A stretch of 64,000 nt of DNA from a virus (Duplodnaviria > Caudoviricetes): IMG/VR virus record IMGVR_UViG_2928552194_000001, positions 853 through 64,852 of that record. One strand, written 5' to 3'. The translations under genes and the position numbers were made by a program. Of the stretch, positions 37,394-46,947 are shown piece after piece. How positions within the stretch are numbered: the first letter of the stretch is position 1; each line of letters opens with the position of its first letter. The notes below the pieces were generated by a model, which ran no database searches, was not told where the DNA came from, and saw nothing but the letters and a program-made list of their open reading frames with translations.

Positions 37394-37673
37394 GAACCGA
37401 AATCACCTTCGCAAACGAATACTGCATCAAGTTGCGCTGCTTCGGGCGATGGCAGATCGGCTTAGCGACATTGCCGAATATCTGGAGAAGACAGCGAAAA
37501 CCCTATCCCAGAAGCCGATGAGAATAAGTCGAAGCGAAGTCGACAATGAGTCTGATTCTGTAGCCGCACTAGATCCAGCGGCGATCGCAACATCCCTCGC
37601 TGCGATCGCCAAGGACATGACCCCAAACATGGATCAGATTACAAATTCCAAATACAACCGGAACTACGATTGA
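37392..37673 (+). CDS. Hypothetical 93-aa protein antisense to the late operon
   Basis: ATG 37392 with GGAGG at 37381-37385; CGCAGG/CCTGCG hairpin after the stop. Confidence 0.45.
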   Translation: MNRNHLRKRILHQVALLRAMADRLSDIAEYLEKTAKTLSQKPMRISRSEVDNESDSVAALDPAAIATSLAAIAKDMTPNMDQITNSKYNRNYD

Positions 37674-37711
37674 CCTGATACGCAGGACAGGGTCCGCCTG
37701 CGATCGGATGG

Positions 37712-38413
37712 TTATGCCGCCTCTTTCTTCCGCTTGGCAGCGAGCCGGGCAGCCTCTTCGGCCTTCCTCAGCGCTGCCTGTCGTTGCCGCTCCGCTTCCT
37801 CGCGGCGCTGCTTGTTCACCTTCTCGATGTGTTTGGCGATTTCGGCTTCCGAGCCGTGAATATGGACCGGGATAGCGTCATCCGCGCGGTGGTAAGGCGT
37901 ACGCTTCACCTGTGCGCGGCTATCCGAGGCTACCTCGGTTGACACGCGTTCTGACTGATTTTGCGACACGTCGTCAACTGGCATCGTCAACCGAGTTGCA
38001 TGGTTTCGGTTGAGATTGTCCGCAATCTGTTGACAGCAGCGGTTTACAGCGCGTTCGAAAGTTCGCTTTACCCAGCCGTTTCGGTCGCACCACTTGGCCA
38101 ACGTAAGGCCTTTGCGGGTGGTGATGAAGCCATAATCGTAGACCAGCTTGCGGTCTTTCTCGCATAGCCAAGCGTTGATCCATGTCCATGTCTCTTCCAT
38201 TCGGGAAAGAGCACCGGGCGCGGGGACACGCTTGATCCGGGTCGGCTCACCGCGGCGGTAGTCATCCAGATACTCTTCGAACAGCTCGGACATGCTGCCG
38301 AGCATCCGGGGACCAAGGGCAGCGGGCGACATCAGAAGCGTTTCGGCCGCCTCGACTATGCGGGCGCGCACGGCGTCGTACGTCCATGCCTGATATGTGA
38401 CGTGAATGGTCAT
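37712..38413 (-). CDS. Putative late-gene regulator (DUF6362-like, Q-position)
   Basis: WTYDAVRARIVEAAETL...P.PGALSRMEETWTW; last early gene before terS. Confidence 0.6.
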   Translation of the reverse strand: MTIHVTYQAWTYDAVRARIVEAAETLLMSPAALGPRMLGSMSELFEEYLDDYRRGEPTRIKRVPAPGALSRMEETWTWINAWLCEKDRKLVYDYGFITTRKGLTLAKWCDRNGWVKRTFERAVNRCCQQIADNLNRNHATRLTMPVDDVSQNQSERVSTEVASDSRAQVKRTPYHRADDAIPVHIHGSEAEIAKHIEKVNKQRREEAERQRQAALRKAEEAARLAAKRKKEAA

Positions 38414-38862
38414 GCCGCTCGCCTCCAGTCGTCGGGGAACATGTCACCCTGGTCCTCGCTGTAGAAATGGTCGGCCAGAAGGTTCAGCATCGCCTCCCAG
38501 ACCTGCTGATGCCGGCCCTTGACCTTCTTTGCCCTTCTCCGGAGAGCGCCGAGGTCGATCCGGTCGAACTCATCGAAGAGATCCAACCCGCGCTCGATCA
38601 GCCACGGCATTGTCAGAAGCAGTTCGGATATGGCGGTGATCGTTGCGGCCCATAGCTCGGTCGCATTGCCTTTGGTTTCTACGATAAGCCTCAGAACCAT
38701 GGTCAGGTGCCCCTCTCCGTGCCGTACCACCTTCTGGAGCGTCGGCATGCAGAAACAATGCTTCGGTCGCACGGAAGTCGGGCTATGACGGCTGGCATCG
38801 AGCACCTTGACGCCAAGCGCCCGTGTAACCTTGTAGACGTTGTGGCCGCCGGATTTGCTCAT
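38410..38862 (-). CDS. Conserved phage hypothetical protein
   Basis: HGEGHLTMVLRLIVET motif; ATGA overlaps at both ends. Confidence 0.65.
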   Translation of the reverse strand: MSKSGGHNVYKVTRALGVKVLDASRHSPTSVRPKHCFCMPTLQKVVRHGEGHLTMVLRLIVETKGNATELWAATITAISELLLTMPWLIERGLDLFDEFDRIDLGALRRRAKKVKGRHQQVWEAMLNLLADHFYSEDQGDMFPDDWRRAA

Positions 38863-39035
38863 TGGTGATCCTTCCGCCGCCGTGGCCGGCCCACAATCTT
38901 CTCGATGGTGGTCATTTTCTCCCCGCACGACGCGCAAATCCTGGTTCTGCGCTGGGCCTCGTGGATGGGTCGGCTATCCAACGTCCGGAGCATCCGCTTC
39001 CCGCAGGCGATGCAATGAAGGCCGACCGGCTTCAC
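38859..39035 (-). CDS. 58-aa NrdR-like zinc-ribbon protein (not in ORF track)
   Basis: Own translation VKPVGLHCIACGKRMLRTLDSRPIHEAQRRTRICASCGEKMTTIEK; GGAGG SD; GTGA and ATGA overlaps. Confidence 0.75.
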   Translation of the reverse strand: MKPVGLHCIACGKRMLRTLDSRPIHEAQRRTRICASCGEKMTTIEKIVGRPRRRKDHQ

Positions 39036-39664
39036 GATGACCTCCCGCCGAATGCGCGCTCAATATTCCATCCGCGATTGAGCCGTGCTTGTGCTGTATT
39101 GTAGTTGACGCCAGACATCTCGCAGGCTTCCGCGACAGTCACATCTCGGCCATTAAGGCAAACAATGCGGTTGTCCCTGCGGTTTCTATTTTGTTGGCGA
39201 CCTGTGGCCCATCGGACATTTCCGGGTTCGTAGCCGCGATTATTGTCGATCCTGTCGATCGAATGCCTTTTTGATGGTCGATCGGGAATATCAGCGATGA
39301 AGCATTCGAGGCCGGACAGCTCGCTTTCGCCGATTTCCCACCTGGGGCAAACAGTAATGCCCCTCCCGCCGTATCGGTAGTAGTCCTTGTTTTCTGGATT
39401 GATGCAACGCTGCACCATACCGTACCAAGTGCGATAAAGCTCGTGCTGATGCAGGCCATGAGTGGCGGTTCTGTCGTATCTCAGACATCCGCACGATTGA
39501 ATGCGACCGACGCGCAGATAGATGCCCGCGACAGTCGTATTGGTGCCACAATCGCAACGACAGAGCCAAAGCGCCTGCTTTGTCGCATTGTACCCACACA
39601 TGGACACCGCCACGAGGCGCCCATATCGGTTTCCCTTCTCGTCCTTGTATCGCAGCTTGCTCAT
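39032..39664 (-). CDS. HNH homing endonuclease
   Basis: WLCRCDCG, YGGRGITVC and SIDRIDNNRGYEPGNVRWAT motifs. Confidence 0.88.
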   Translation of the reverse strand: MSKLRYKDEKGNRYGRLVAVSMCGYNATKQALWLCRCDCGTNTTVAGIYLRVGRIQSCGCLRYDRTATHGLHQHELYRTWYGMVQRCINPENKDYYRYGGRGITVCPRWEIGESELSGLECFIADIPDRPSKRHSIDRIDNNRGYEPGNVRWATGRQQNRNRRDNRIVCLNGRDVTVAEACEMSGVNYNTAQARLNRGWNIERAFGGRSS

Positions 39665-40053
39665 CCCGCCATCTCCCTTCCGAGTGCGCTGCGCTCAGGG
39701 ATAGGATCGCCCATGATTATTCCGGTCAGGGAACGCCGATCAGGGAACCTGTCCCATATCCGGCGCCGCTCGATATGCTCGGGAGGAATGCTCACGGTAC
39801 GGTCCATGCCGACCAAGGCCATGTTTTCCACGGCCTCGCGGATCATTTCCCGCAATTCGCGCGACCTTCTGCGGGCGCGCTCCGGATCCGGCTTCCGCTT
39901 CTGCTTGATCGCTTCGGCATTTCCGTCACGGTAGCGGGTATCGTATTCGAGCCTTTTCCTGCGACGGTTCTCAGCGCTGCAGGCAGGGCCACAGGTAATG
40001 GCACGGGGCTTGGCCTCGAACTCGGCGTCGCAGATCACGCATCGCTTGGTCAT
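39661..40053 (-). CDS. Zn-finger hypothetical protein
   Basis: CVIC...CGPAC; GGAGG SD. Confidence 0.65.
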   Translation of the reverse strand: MTKRCVICDAEFEAKPRAITCGPACSAENRRRKRLEYDTRYRDGNAEAIKQKRKPDPERARRRSRELREMIREAVENMALVGMDRTVSIPPEHIERRRIWDRFPDRRSLTGIIMGDPIPERSALGREMAG

Positions 40054-40376
40054 GACGGCTCCTCCTCCATTGCTGGAGAGAGCAGTGCCGTGAAGATGCT
40101 GATGTCGGTCTTGCGCGTCTGAATCTTCCGGAATCCAGAGTGGTGATGCCAAACCTTTCCGTGCTCGACATCAACACATCCGACAAATATGCTCGGGCCT
40201 TTATGCCTTCCCTTCGCGAACCGTTTTCGGATGCACATATCGAGGATCGCGTATTCCTCCCCTATCGCGAGGAAAGGAACGCGGTTGAGACGCTTCTTGC
40301 CACTGAAAGCCCCTATCTTTTCGGGGTATCCGACAAAGATGACGCGATCACCGATTTTCCAGTCGAGATAACTCAC
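40050..40376 (-). CDS. Hypothetical protein
   Basis: WKIGDRV start; overlaps neighbouring genes. Confidence 0.6.
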   Translation of the reverse strand: MSYLDWKIGDRVIFVGYPEKIGAFSGKKRLNRVPFLAIGEEYAILDMCIRKRFAKGRHKGPSIFVGCVDVEHGKVWHHHSGFRKIQTRKTDISIFTALLSPAMEEEPS

Positions 40377-40726
40377 GACGCTCTCCCCGACATCACGATC
40401 AGCTTCTTCCGCCCCGGCCGATAAACCGTCTCGGCCTGTTTCACGTCTTCCCGCTTGGACTTCAGCCAGCTTTCCGCGTCAGCCAGCATCTTGGCCTCCA
40501 TGCGGGCCTCTGCCTTCTCGGGGTCGATCTGGATCGTTGCCCTGATTGTTGGGTTCAAACGCGCCAGATAGGCGTTCTCCGCCGCGTCCACCGCCATTGA
40601 CCGGCTCGGGAATATGATCGGCTCACCACCTGATTTGACGATGCGCCACGTTCTTTGCCCCGGTGGCAGGAATTCGGCCGAGTAGCCGCCTCGGAACTGC
40701 TTCGCGCGCCAAGGTTTGATGTCCAT
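40373..40726 (-). CDS. Hypothetical protein
   Basis: ATG overlaps the dnaB stop (TGATG). Confidence 0.6.
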   Translation of the reverse strand: MDIKPWRAKQFRGGYSAEFLPPGQRTWRIVKSGGEPIIFPSRSMAVDAAENAYLARLNPTIRATIQIDPEKAEARMEAKMLADAESWLKSKREDVKQAETVYRPGRKKLIVMSGRAS

Positions 40727-42216
40727 CAGAAAAACCCCAGAGGATTGTCGACAGCGGGCACAAGCTCGGGCTCGTTCTCGCTGCCTGTTTCGTAGAATGT
40801 GGTGGTGGCGCCGTCCCATCCGCAGTCGGATTCGCGGGGCCAATGGCTTTCGCGGGAAAGTGCGAGAACGATCTTGGCCTTCCGCTCCTGATCCGAGACC
40901 ATCGATTCCCATTTCAGGTGAAGGTCGGAGTGCTGCGGCGGCTCGTGCTCTTTCAGGAATACCGATGGACGGAACGGGATAATGACGTGATCTGCGTCGC
41001 GCTCCATGGCGCCGATAAGGTCGGTATATCTGGGACGACGGGCGACGATCTGGTCAAGGAACTTCTCATTCAGCGGACCACGCTCTGCAAATGTGTTCTT
41101 CTTTAACTGGGCGCATCCGATCACCGGGCATTCGATCTCCCGCGCAAGCTGCTTCAGGTTCATGGTGACTTCCTGCCCGAACTCCCATTCCGACATGGCC
41201 TTTTGGCCGCGGCCGCGCTCGACCAGGCCGATATGATCAATGACGATGAGGCCCGGCCCCTTCTTGCGCACGAACAGCTTTGCCCGCTCGACAATCGCGT
41301 CGACCGTCAATCGCTTGGGCTGGATGAAGATCGGAAGGTGGATGTGGTCGGTACGAAACTGGACCAGCCGTTCAAAGTCCGCCTCGACCACCTTGCCGCG
41401 CTTCTGGCGGCTCACGGAAACCTTGGTCTCGCGACTGCTTTCGCGCATCGCCAGTTCGGCAGGAGACATTTCCCCGGAATAGAACCAGACCGGGCTCCCC
41501 TTCTCTGCTGCGCCCATTGCAAGCTGGCCTGCCAGAGCGGACTTCCCCTGCTTGGTGGCACCGCCGAGGATGATCAACTGCCCCGGTGAAAGCGGGCCGA
41601 TCAGCTTTTCAAGCGGTGAGAAGCCATAGGAAATGCCCGACGTCTTTCTACCGGAGAATGCCGAGTTGGTGATTTCCAAGGCATCATCGAGGGCGTCTGC
41701 GAATGACACCGCACCGTAGATCGCATCGTCTCCGGCCATGGCGTCGGAAAGATCGACAATCGCCTTCTCCGCCAAATCGTTCGGATCGCAGTCGACCTCG
41801 ATGTTCCTAGCCGACGAAAGCATTTCCTCTGCGATCGACACGAGCCGTCGGCGCTTTGCCATGTCTCTGATGAGGCCGGCATCCGTGATCAGGGATGAAG
41901 GATTTGCTGCTGTCGCTATCCGGGCCAGATAGGCTGCCACGGTAGCGGGCTGCCCCTCAATACGAAGGTTCTTGTAAGTCTCGGGCAGGAAGGTTTTCAC
42001 GGTGATCGGATTTGCCACCTTCCCCGACCGCACCATGTCGGAGATCACCTCATAAACGTCCCGGTGCATGGGCTCGAAGAAGTGCTCCGGCAGGAGATAG
42101 TCCTTAATGTGAAGCAAGGCGTCATTCGCGAGGAACAGTGTTCCCAGAAGGCTTTGCTCGACCTCGATGTTGCAGATTTCGGTGGGCGCTTGAAATTCGC
42201 GTGAATAAGCGTTCAT
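40726..42216 (-). CDS. dnaB: DnaB-like replicative helicase
   Basis: EVEQSLLG N-domain, GGATKQGKS Walker A, FYSGEMS, IVIDHIGL, CAQL and MERDADHV motifs. Confidence 0.92.
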   Translation of the reverse strand: MNAYSREFQAPTEICNIEVEQSLLGTLFLANDALLHIKDYLLPEHFFEPMHRDVYEVISDMVRSGKVANPITVKTFLPETYKNLRIEGQPATVAAYLARIATAANPSSLITDAGLIRDMAKRRRLVSIAEEMLSSARNIEVDCDPNDLAEKAIVDLSDAMAGDDAIYGAVSFADALDDALEITNSAFSGRKTSGISYGFSPLEKLIGPLSPGQLIILGGATKQGKSALAGQLAMGAAEKGSPVWFYSGEMSPAELAMRESSRETKVSVSRQKRGKVVEADFERLVQFRTDHIHLPIFIQPKRLTVDAIVERAKLFVRKKGPGLIVIDHIGLVERGRGQKAMSEWEFGQEVTMNLKQLAREIECPVIGCAQLKKNTFAERGPLNEKFLDQIVARRPRYTDLIGAMERDADHVIIPFRPSVFLKEHEPPQHSDLHLKWESMVSDQERKAKIVLALSRESHWPRESDCGWDGATTTFYETGSENEPELVPAVDNPLGFF

Positions 42217-42851
42217 GCCGTGGCCCTCTCGAAAAGGTCACTTTGCAATGGTAATTCGCCCCACTGATCGGCCATCGCCTCTGCAATGCCGGGGAAGAAC
42301 CTAGAGCGTTCTTTCCAGCGGTCAGGACCGGGCGACATATGATGGACGCGCGGTTCTCTGCCCTCGACTATATTTGTCGGGACGAGCGGCGGCAGGTTCT
42401 TGAGCCACAGGCACGTGCGCTTTGTTTCGCCATGGCCGAACTGCCACGGCTGCACCGACTGCACCGGCTCCTGATAATTGCGGATGCGAGCCTTGGCATG
42501 CTTGTGCATCACCGGGTTTTCGACTGCGATCCGTTCGACTGGCGCATTCCAGAGGTCCGAGAACAGCGCGGCGCCGGCATCGAGGTCGGCCCACATTTCA
42601 TCGAGGGTGCGGCCGGCCGGCGGCGCCGAAAGCCAGCGGACACCGGAATTGCAAAGCCGGGTACACGGCGGGTGCGCCACGATCAGCATATCCCAGCCAT
42701 CGTCGAGGATGCCGCGGACATCGCCGGTGATGTGCTTGTTCGACCGATCTTCCGCTGGAAGAAGGTCGCAGGACCACGCATCGTGTCCGCGGGCCGCAAA
42801 TGCCCGCCTGACAATGCCGGAAAACTCACAGGCTACGAGAATGCGTCCCAT
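42213..42851 (-). CDS. Short phage C5-cytosine methyltransferase-like protein
   Basis: LVACEFSG, AHPPCT (motif IV-like) and VENPV (motif VI-like). Confidence 0.72.
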   Translation of the reverse strand: MGRILVACEFSGIVRRAFAARGHDAWSCDLLPAEDRSNKHITGDVRGILDDGWDMLIVAHPPCTRLCNSGVRWLSAPPAGRTLDEMWADLDAGAALFSDLWNAPVERIAVENPVMHKHAKARIRNYQEPVQSVQPWQFGHGETKRTCLWLKNLPPLVPTNIVEGREPRVHHMSPGPDRWKERSRFFPGIAEAMADQWGELPLQSDLFERATA

Positions 42852-43519
42852 TAAGCTGCCACCTGCAGGTCAAGCTTCTTCTGGGCACGCTTGGCTGCGG
42901 CCTTGGCCTTTTTCTCGTTCCGACGGCGCTCCTGCTCCTCTTTGCCACCTCGGATAAGCCAGAACATCATTCCGAGGGCATCGGCCTCGTTGTCATTCTT
43001 GGGGCGCAAGCCGCGCTTCGCGCACTCGGCCATGACAGTTCGCTTCAACCATTTGCGACGCTCTTCGAAACGTTGCGCATCGGGAAGCCCGGCACCAACT
43101 TCTTTCGGAGCTTTGGTGCAGCCGATATATGCCAAGCGCCAGTTATCCGGCGGGCAGGTTCGGGGATATGGAAGGCCCTTGCGTTCGCACATCATTTCCA
43201 GAACCGCGAGCCAGAGCGCCGCGGTGCGCCGGCCGGCCTCGCTCTTCTGGGATCCGTAGGATTCGCCTTCGAGAATGATCTCGACGTCTTCGCCTTCGAT
43301 TCCATGCTTCCGCATCAGGGCATTGAAACAATGCCAGAGGTTCCAGGCATATTGGCCGCGGCGGCTGCACTTCTTACCGTCCTCATCGCGGGTAAGGTCC
43401 CATGTGCCGTAGAACAGCCGCTGGCCCACCTGCCGGCGTTCTTCCTCCGGCTTGTTGCTGTCGTCGACCAGAAGGCACCAGCCGAACTGCGTTGCAGGGT
43501 CGAGGGTGAGTTTGTGCAT
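42851..43519 (-). CDS. RuvC-like Holliday junction resolvase/nuclease
   Basis: LTLDPATQFGW, IILE and KNDNEADALG acidic RNase H-fold residues. Confidence 0.7.
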   Translation of the reverse strand: MHKLTLDPATQFGWCLLVDDSNKPEEERRQVGQRLFYGTWDLTRDEDGKKCSRRGQYAWNLWHCFNALMRKHGIEGEDVEIILEGESYGSQKSEAGRRTAALWLAVLEMMCERKGLPYPRTCPPDNWRLAYIGCTKAPKEVGAGLPDAQRFEERRKWLKRTVMAECAKRGLRPKNDNEADALGMMFWLIRGGKEEQERRRNEKKAKAAAKRAQKKLDLQVAA

Positions 43520-44874
43520 CACGCGGCCTCCCCGCCGAAGAGCGGCCCGAAATCTGCAGCCTTGGGCTTCTGTGGCACCCGCCACTCGGTTTCGATGCGA
43601 CGCTGCGCCATCTCGGCATATTCTGGATTGAGTTCGATCAGTGCAGCGCGTCGACCGTGCCGTAGGGCGACGAGGGCGGTCGTTCCGGCGCCCCCGAATG
43701 GATCGAGAACCAGACCGCCCTTGGGACAGCCGGCGCGAATACACCGCTCGGCTAGTTCAGGCGGGAACGTGGCGAAATGAGCATCAGAGAATGCCTGCGT
43801 TGCCATAGGCCAGACAGAGAGCGGGGCCGGCTCGAAATTCCGCAGCAGCCGACCATTGGCCTGCTGTTCGGCTTTCTCCATTTGGTCCCACCGATCGTTG
43901 AAGCCCGCATGTCGGCGGGAATGACCGCGCTGCTTATCAATGGTCTTCCCCGCCTCGCGACCGTTGCGGTGGTGCGATCCATGCCCACCAGGACCAGTGT
44001 CCCAGCCGTCGGGCATCTTGATCCGCTTGTTGCCCGTTACAACGCGCGGCCCCGGCACACCCCCAACATACGATCCGCCCCTAAAGGTTGCGGCGTCCTC
44101 GTCGGACGTTCTTCCCTGCCGAACCGCCTCCGCATCATAGTAAGAACCGATACGAATCCAGCGGGCACCATCGCGTTCTGGGTCAGTTATGAGTGGGCAA
44201 CGCTCCGAAAGGTCGGGGAAGAAGCTAATCTCGCCGGTATCGCGGGCGCGGTAGACTTCGCCGTCGTCCGATTTGGTCAGCAGGAAAATCTTCTCGTGCG
44301 CCGTCGATGGCCGTTGAGCGCCAGAACTATCCGGCATCGGGTTGGTCTTGCCCCAGACGATTTCGGATCGAACCCACCATCCTGCGTCCTGCAACGCTAT
44401 GGCAAGCCTATTCGGGATCATGCAGAGGTCTTTTGCCTTGAGAACCCCTCCACGCCTATCGAAGTGCTGTCCTTCCCCGCCATTGCTACGAGATTGGATC
44501 GGTCCGACAGTCGAGAACGGCTTGTCGCGGAATGTCCGATCGTCATTGCCTTCCGCCTTATAGGCTGCAGCGCACCTGCCGTTCGGCGTCGTCGCATAGC
44601 AATCGCCGTAGTTGAGCCAGAGCGTGCCGGTCGGTTTCAGAACGCGCTTCACGGCCTCGAACACACGCACCATGACGTCGAGATGCTCACCCAGAGTCGG
44701 CTCCAAGCCGATCTGGCCGTCGACACCGTAGTCGCGCAGCCCCCAATATGGCGGCGATGTCACGACGCAATCCACGCTATCAGGCTCCATCGCAGCCAGA
44801 GCCTCGAAGCAGTCTGTAACCCATAGGATCACTCGCCCATCTAGGAACTGCCGATAATCGGGATGGACGCTCAT
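43519..44874 (-). CDS. N4-cytosine/N6-adenine DNA methyltransferase (beta class)
   Basis: VTSPPYW, HFATFPPEL and VLDPFGGAGTT motifs. Confidence 0.92.
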   Translation of the reverse strand: MSVHPDYRQFLDGRVILWVTDCFEALAAMEPDSVDCVVTSPPYWGLRDYGVDGQIGLEPTLGEHLDVMVRVFEAVKRVLKPTGTLWLNYGDCYATTPNGRCAAAYKAEGNDDRTFRDKPFSTVGPIQSRSNGGEGQHFDRRGGVLKAKDLCMIPNRLAIALQDAGWWVRSEIVWGKTNPMPDSSGAQRPSTAHEKIFLLTKSDDGEVYRARDTGEISFFPDLSERCPLITDPERDGARWIRIGSYYDAEAVRQGRTSDEDAATFRGGSYVGGVPGPRVVTGNKRIKMPDGWDTGPGGHGSHHRNGREAGKTIDKQRGHSRRHAGFNDRWDQMEKAEQQANGRLLRNFEPAPLSVWPMATQAFSDAHFATFPPELAERCIRAGCPKGGLVLDPFGGAGTTALVALRHGRRAALIELNPEYAEMAQRRIETEWRVPQKPKAADFGPLFGGEAA

Positions 44875-44972
44875 CTCACCACCGTCATGAAAATCACGAA
44901 GGCATAGGCCGAGGTCACGGCCAGCCCCCAGATGCAGTTGATGAAGAACAGGCGACGGGTCTGCGGAGACAC
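44871..44972 (-). CDS. 33-aa membrane peptide
   Basis: Own translation VSPQTRRLFFINCIWGLAVTSAYAFVIFMTVVR; ATGA overlap with the MTase start. Confidence 0.45.
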   Translation of the reverse strand: MSPQTRRLFFINCIWGLAVTSAYAFVIFMTVVR

Positions 44973-44977
44973 AGGAC

Positions 44978-45532
44978 TTACTCCGCGGCTTCGGCAAAGG
45001 GGTCGTCGGCATCGTGGCCGGAGATCAGTTCGTCGCCGTCTTGCTCGGAATTCCGCTTTTCCATGGCCAAGGCGAGATCAGACAGCATCTGCTCCTGCGC
45101 CTTCTTCCATGACGCGGACCATGCCCGGCCCATAGGGCTGTTGGCATCGTATGGAGGCTCGCAGTCCTTGCCGGCAAAGCCTGCTGCCTCGCCTTCTCGC
45201 GCTGCACGATCCTCGCCGGGTTCGCGGTCCACATCACCGAACAATTCCGGCTGAGCACCGATCGGCAGAGCAAACCACTGCGCAATTTCGGCTTCCCGCT
45301 TGATGCGATCGGTCAGGATTTCCGGGTCTTCGATCTCCGCGCACTTCATCATGAAGTCGATGTCGCTGAGAACGATTCCGTCGGCCTTCGCCAGCCTGCG
45401 CAGGCGCTTGTACTCGGCCTGCTGCTCGGCAACCTTGACCTGCTGCGCGCTGATCGCCGCGAAGTGATGGAATTTGAGCGCCTTCCATTCGGCCGGCGTC
45501 AGTTCCGAGTTGTGGCCTGCTTCTGCGTTCAT
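44978..45532 (-). CDS. Hypothetical protein with RMF-like C-terminal motif
   Basis: GHNS start; RAAREGEAAGFAGKD..PPY...AWSASW. Confidence 0.65.
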   Translation of the reverse strand: MNAEAGHNSELTPAEWKALKFHHFAAISAQQVKVAEQQAEYKRLRRLAKADGIVLSDIDFMMKCAEIEDPEILTDRIKREAEIAQWFALPIGAQPELFGDVDREPGEDRAAREGEAAGFAGKDCEPPYDANSPMGRAWSASWKKAQEQMLSDLALAMEKRNSEQDGDELISGHDADDPFAEAAE

Positions 45533-45543
45533 GTCGGGGCTCC

Positions 45544-45774
45544 TCAGAATGGGATTTCGTCGTCAAGGTCGCCGGGCCGCAGATCGATGAACTGGACATC
45601 GACCTTCTCAACGGCACCGACGGTTTCGAGAATGAAGAAGCGGACACCGGGGACCATTCGCGCCAGCCGCTCCGCTTCTGTACGCGCACTGTCGAAAGAC
45701 TTGTGTCTGGCCGTGGGAGCACCCTGCCCCGCGCCGTAGACCATCCAGAACCGCTCGTTGTTCATGCTGATCAC
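45544..45774 (-). CDS. Small phage hypothetical protein
   Basis: FWMVYG..PTARH...EAERLAR motif; C-terminal DDEIPF. Confidence 0.65.
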   Translation of the reverse strand: MISMNNERFWMVYGAGQGAPTARHKSFDSARTEAERLARMVPGVRFFILETVGAVEKVDVQFIDLRPGDLDDEIPF

Positions 45775-45925
45775 CTCTCGTCACCACGCCGTGGCGCGCT
45801 GGATGGATGGGCTGGGTTCACTTCCGAACTGGACCGAGGCATTGGCGATGAGCACCAGCCCGACCACGACCGCGACCGCGGCGGCGAATGCGAGGACCGG
45901 GCGCAACCGAATTCGCTCGCCAGCC

Positions 45926-46351
45926 TCAGCCTTGAAAATCAGCGTCGCGCCGAGCCCCTGTATCCTGCCGCCGGTCCACAAGAGGGAACGACCGGCCATA
46001 ACCAGGATCGATCTGCTCAAGCCGACGCCTGAGTGCTTCTGCTTCGGTCTGGGCGATGAAGAGTTCGTGTTTTGCACGGCTCAGGGTTTCCTCGTTGTGC
46101 TTTGCCAAGGCTTCGCGGATCGCGTCGGCAAGATCGGCCGGAACGCGCTTGATCTTCCGCCAGCGAAGGCGCTCGATTGTCGTGTGAGGCAGGCGCGCCG
46201 CGCGTGCTGCCCGTGTGATCTGCTCTTTGGCAGAGCCGTCACCACCAAGGACGCGGACGGCTGACGCCATCTCTTCCTGGATTGCTTCAACTCGATACAT
46301 TTCCGCCTCGCGCCGTGGATTTTCCGGTTCGCGCCGTGAGATTTCCGTCAT
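45926..46351 (-). CDS. HTH regulator in cII-like position
   Basis: KEQITRAARAARLPHTTIERLRW HTH-like segment, downstream of cro. Confidence 0.55.
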   Translation of the reverse strand: MTEISRREPENPRREAEMYRVEAIQEEMASAVRVLGGDGSAKEQITRAARAARLPHTTIERLRWRKIKRVPADLADAIREALAKHNEETLSRAKHELFIAQTEAEALRRRLEQIDPGYGRSFPLVDRRQDTGARRDADFQG

Positions 46352-46543
46352 TGAGAAGTGCTCCACGCCTAGATTGATCGGCGTGGGGGTCGGGCCTGAA
46401 CGGCTCGATCTCGAAGGGAAGAAAGGGAATGATGAATGCGCTCTTTTCCGAACCGCCAAGAACAGACGAGAGCGACGCAACTGGTACTGCCGTTCCCCGA
46501 TTGGGGACGGCGAAGGGCTGACAATGACGATGACCCATTCGCA

Positions 46544-46744
46544 TCAGCGCCGAACCTCCCAGTCACGGGTGAACTCGCACTGCTCAAGATCGACATGGCT
46601 CCGAAGCTCGGCAGCAAGATCGCGCCGGGCAGCCTCACGCTTGATGATCTCGTGGCGCGCTGCGGCCCTGCCGAGCAGATAGCCAGCAAAACCGGTGACG
46701 ACCGGCGATAGGGCCACGAACAGATCGAGCCAGGTCGAGATCAT
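46544..46744 (-). CDS. Small membrane protein
   Basis: N-terminal TM; overlaps the upstream stop. Confidence 0.5.
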   Translation of the reverse strand: MISTWLDLFVALSPVVTGFAGYLLGRAAARHEIIKREAARRDLAAELRSHVDLEQCEFTRDWEVRR

Positions 46745-46947
46745 GACGCTCGCCTTTCCGTCTCGACCGGAAGGGCCTTTTCACGGCAGCGCTGGCAATA
46801 GACGCGCCGGGAAGCAACGGCTTCCGAAACGCCAAGTCGTTCAGCAATCTCGACCGTATCGAGGCCCATGAGAAACAGGGCATATGCCGACGGTTTGCTG
46901 CGTGGGCGCTGATCATCGCCGGCGAATTGAACGAGGGCCTGGGTCAT
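46741..46947 (-). CDS. Small HTH protein
   Basis: GLDTVEIAERLGVSEAVASR. Confidence 0.65.
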   Translation of the reverse strand: MTQALVQFAGDDQRPRSKPSAYALFLMGLDTVEIAERLGVSEAVASRRVYCQRCREKALPVETERRAS

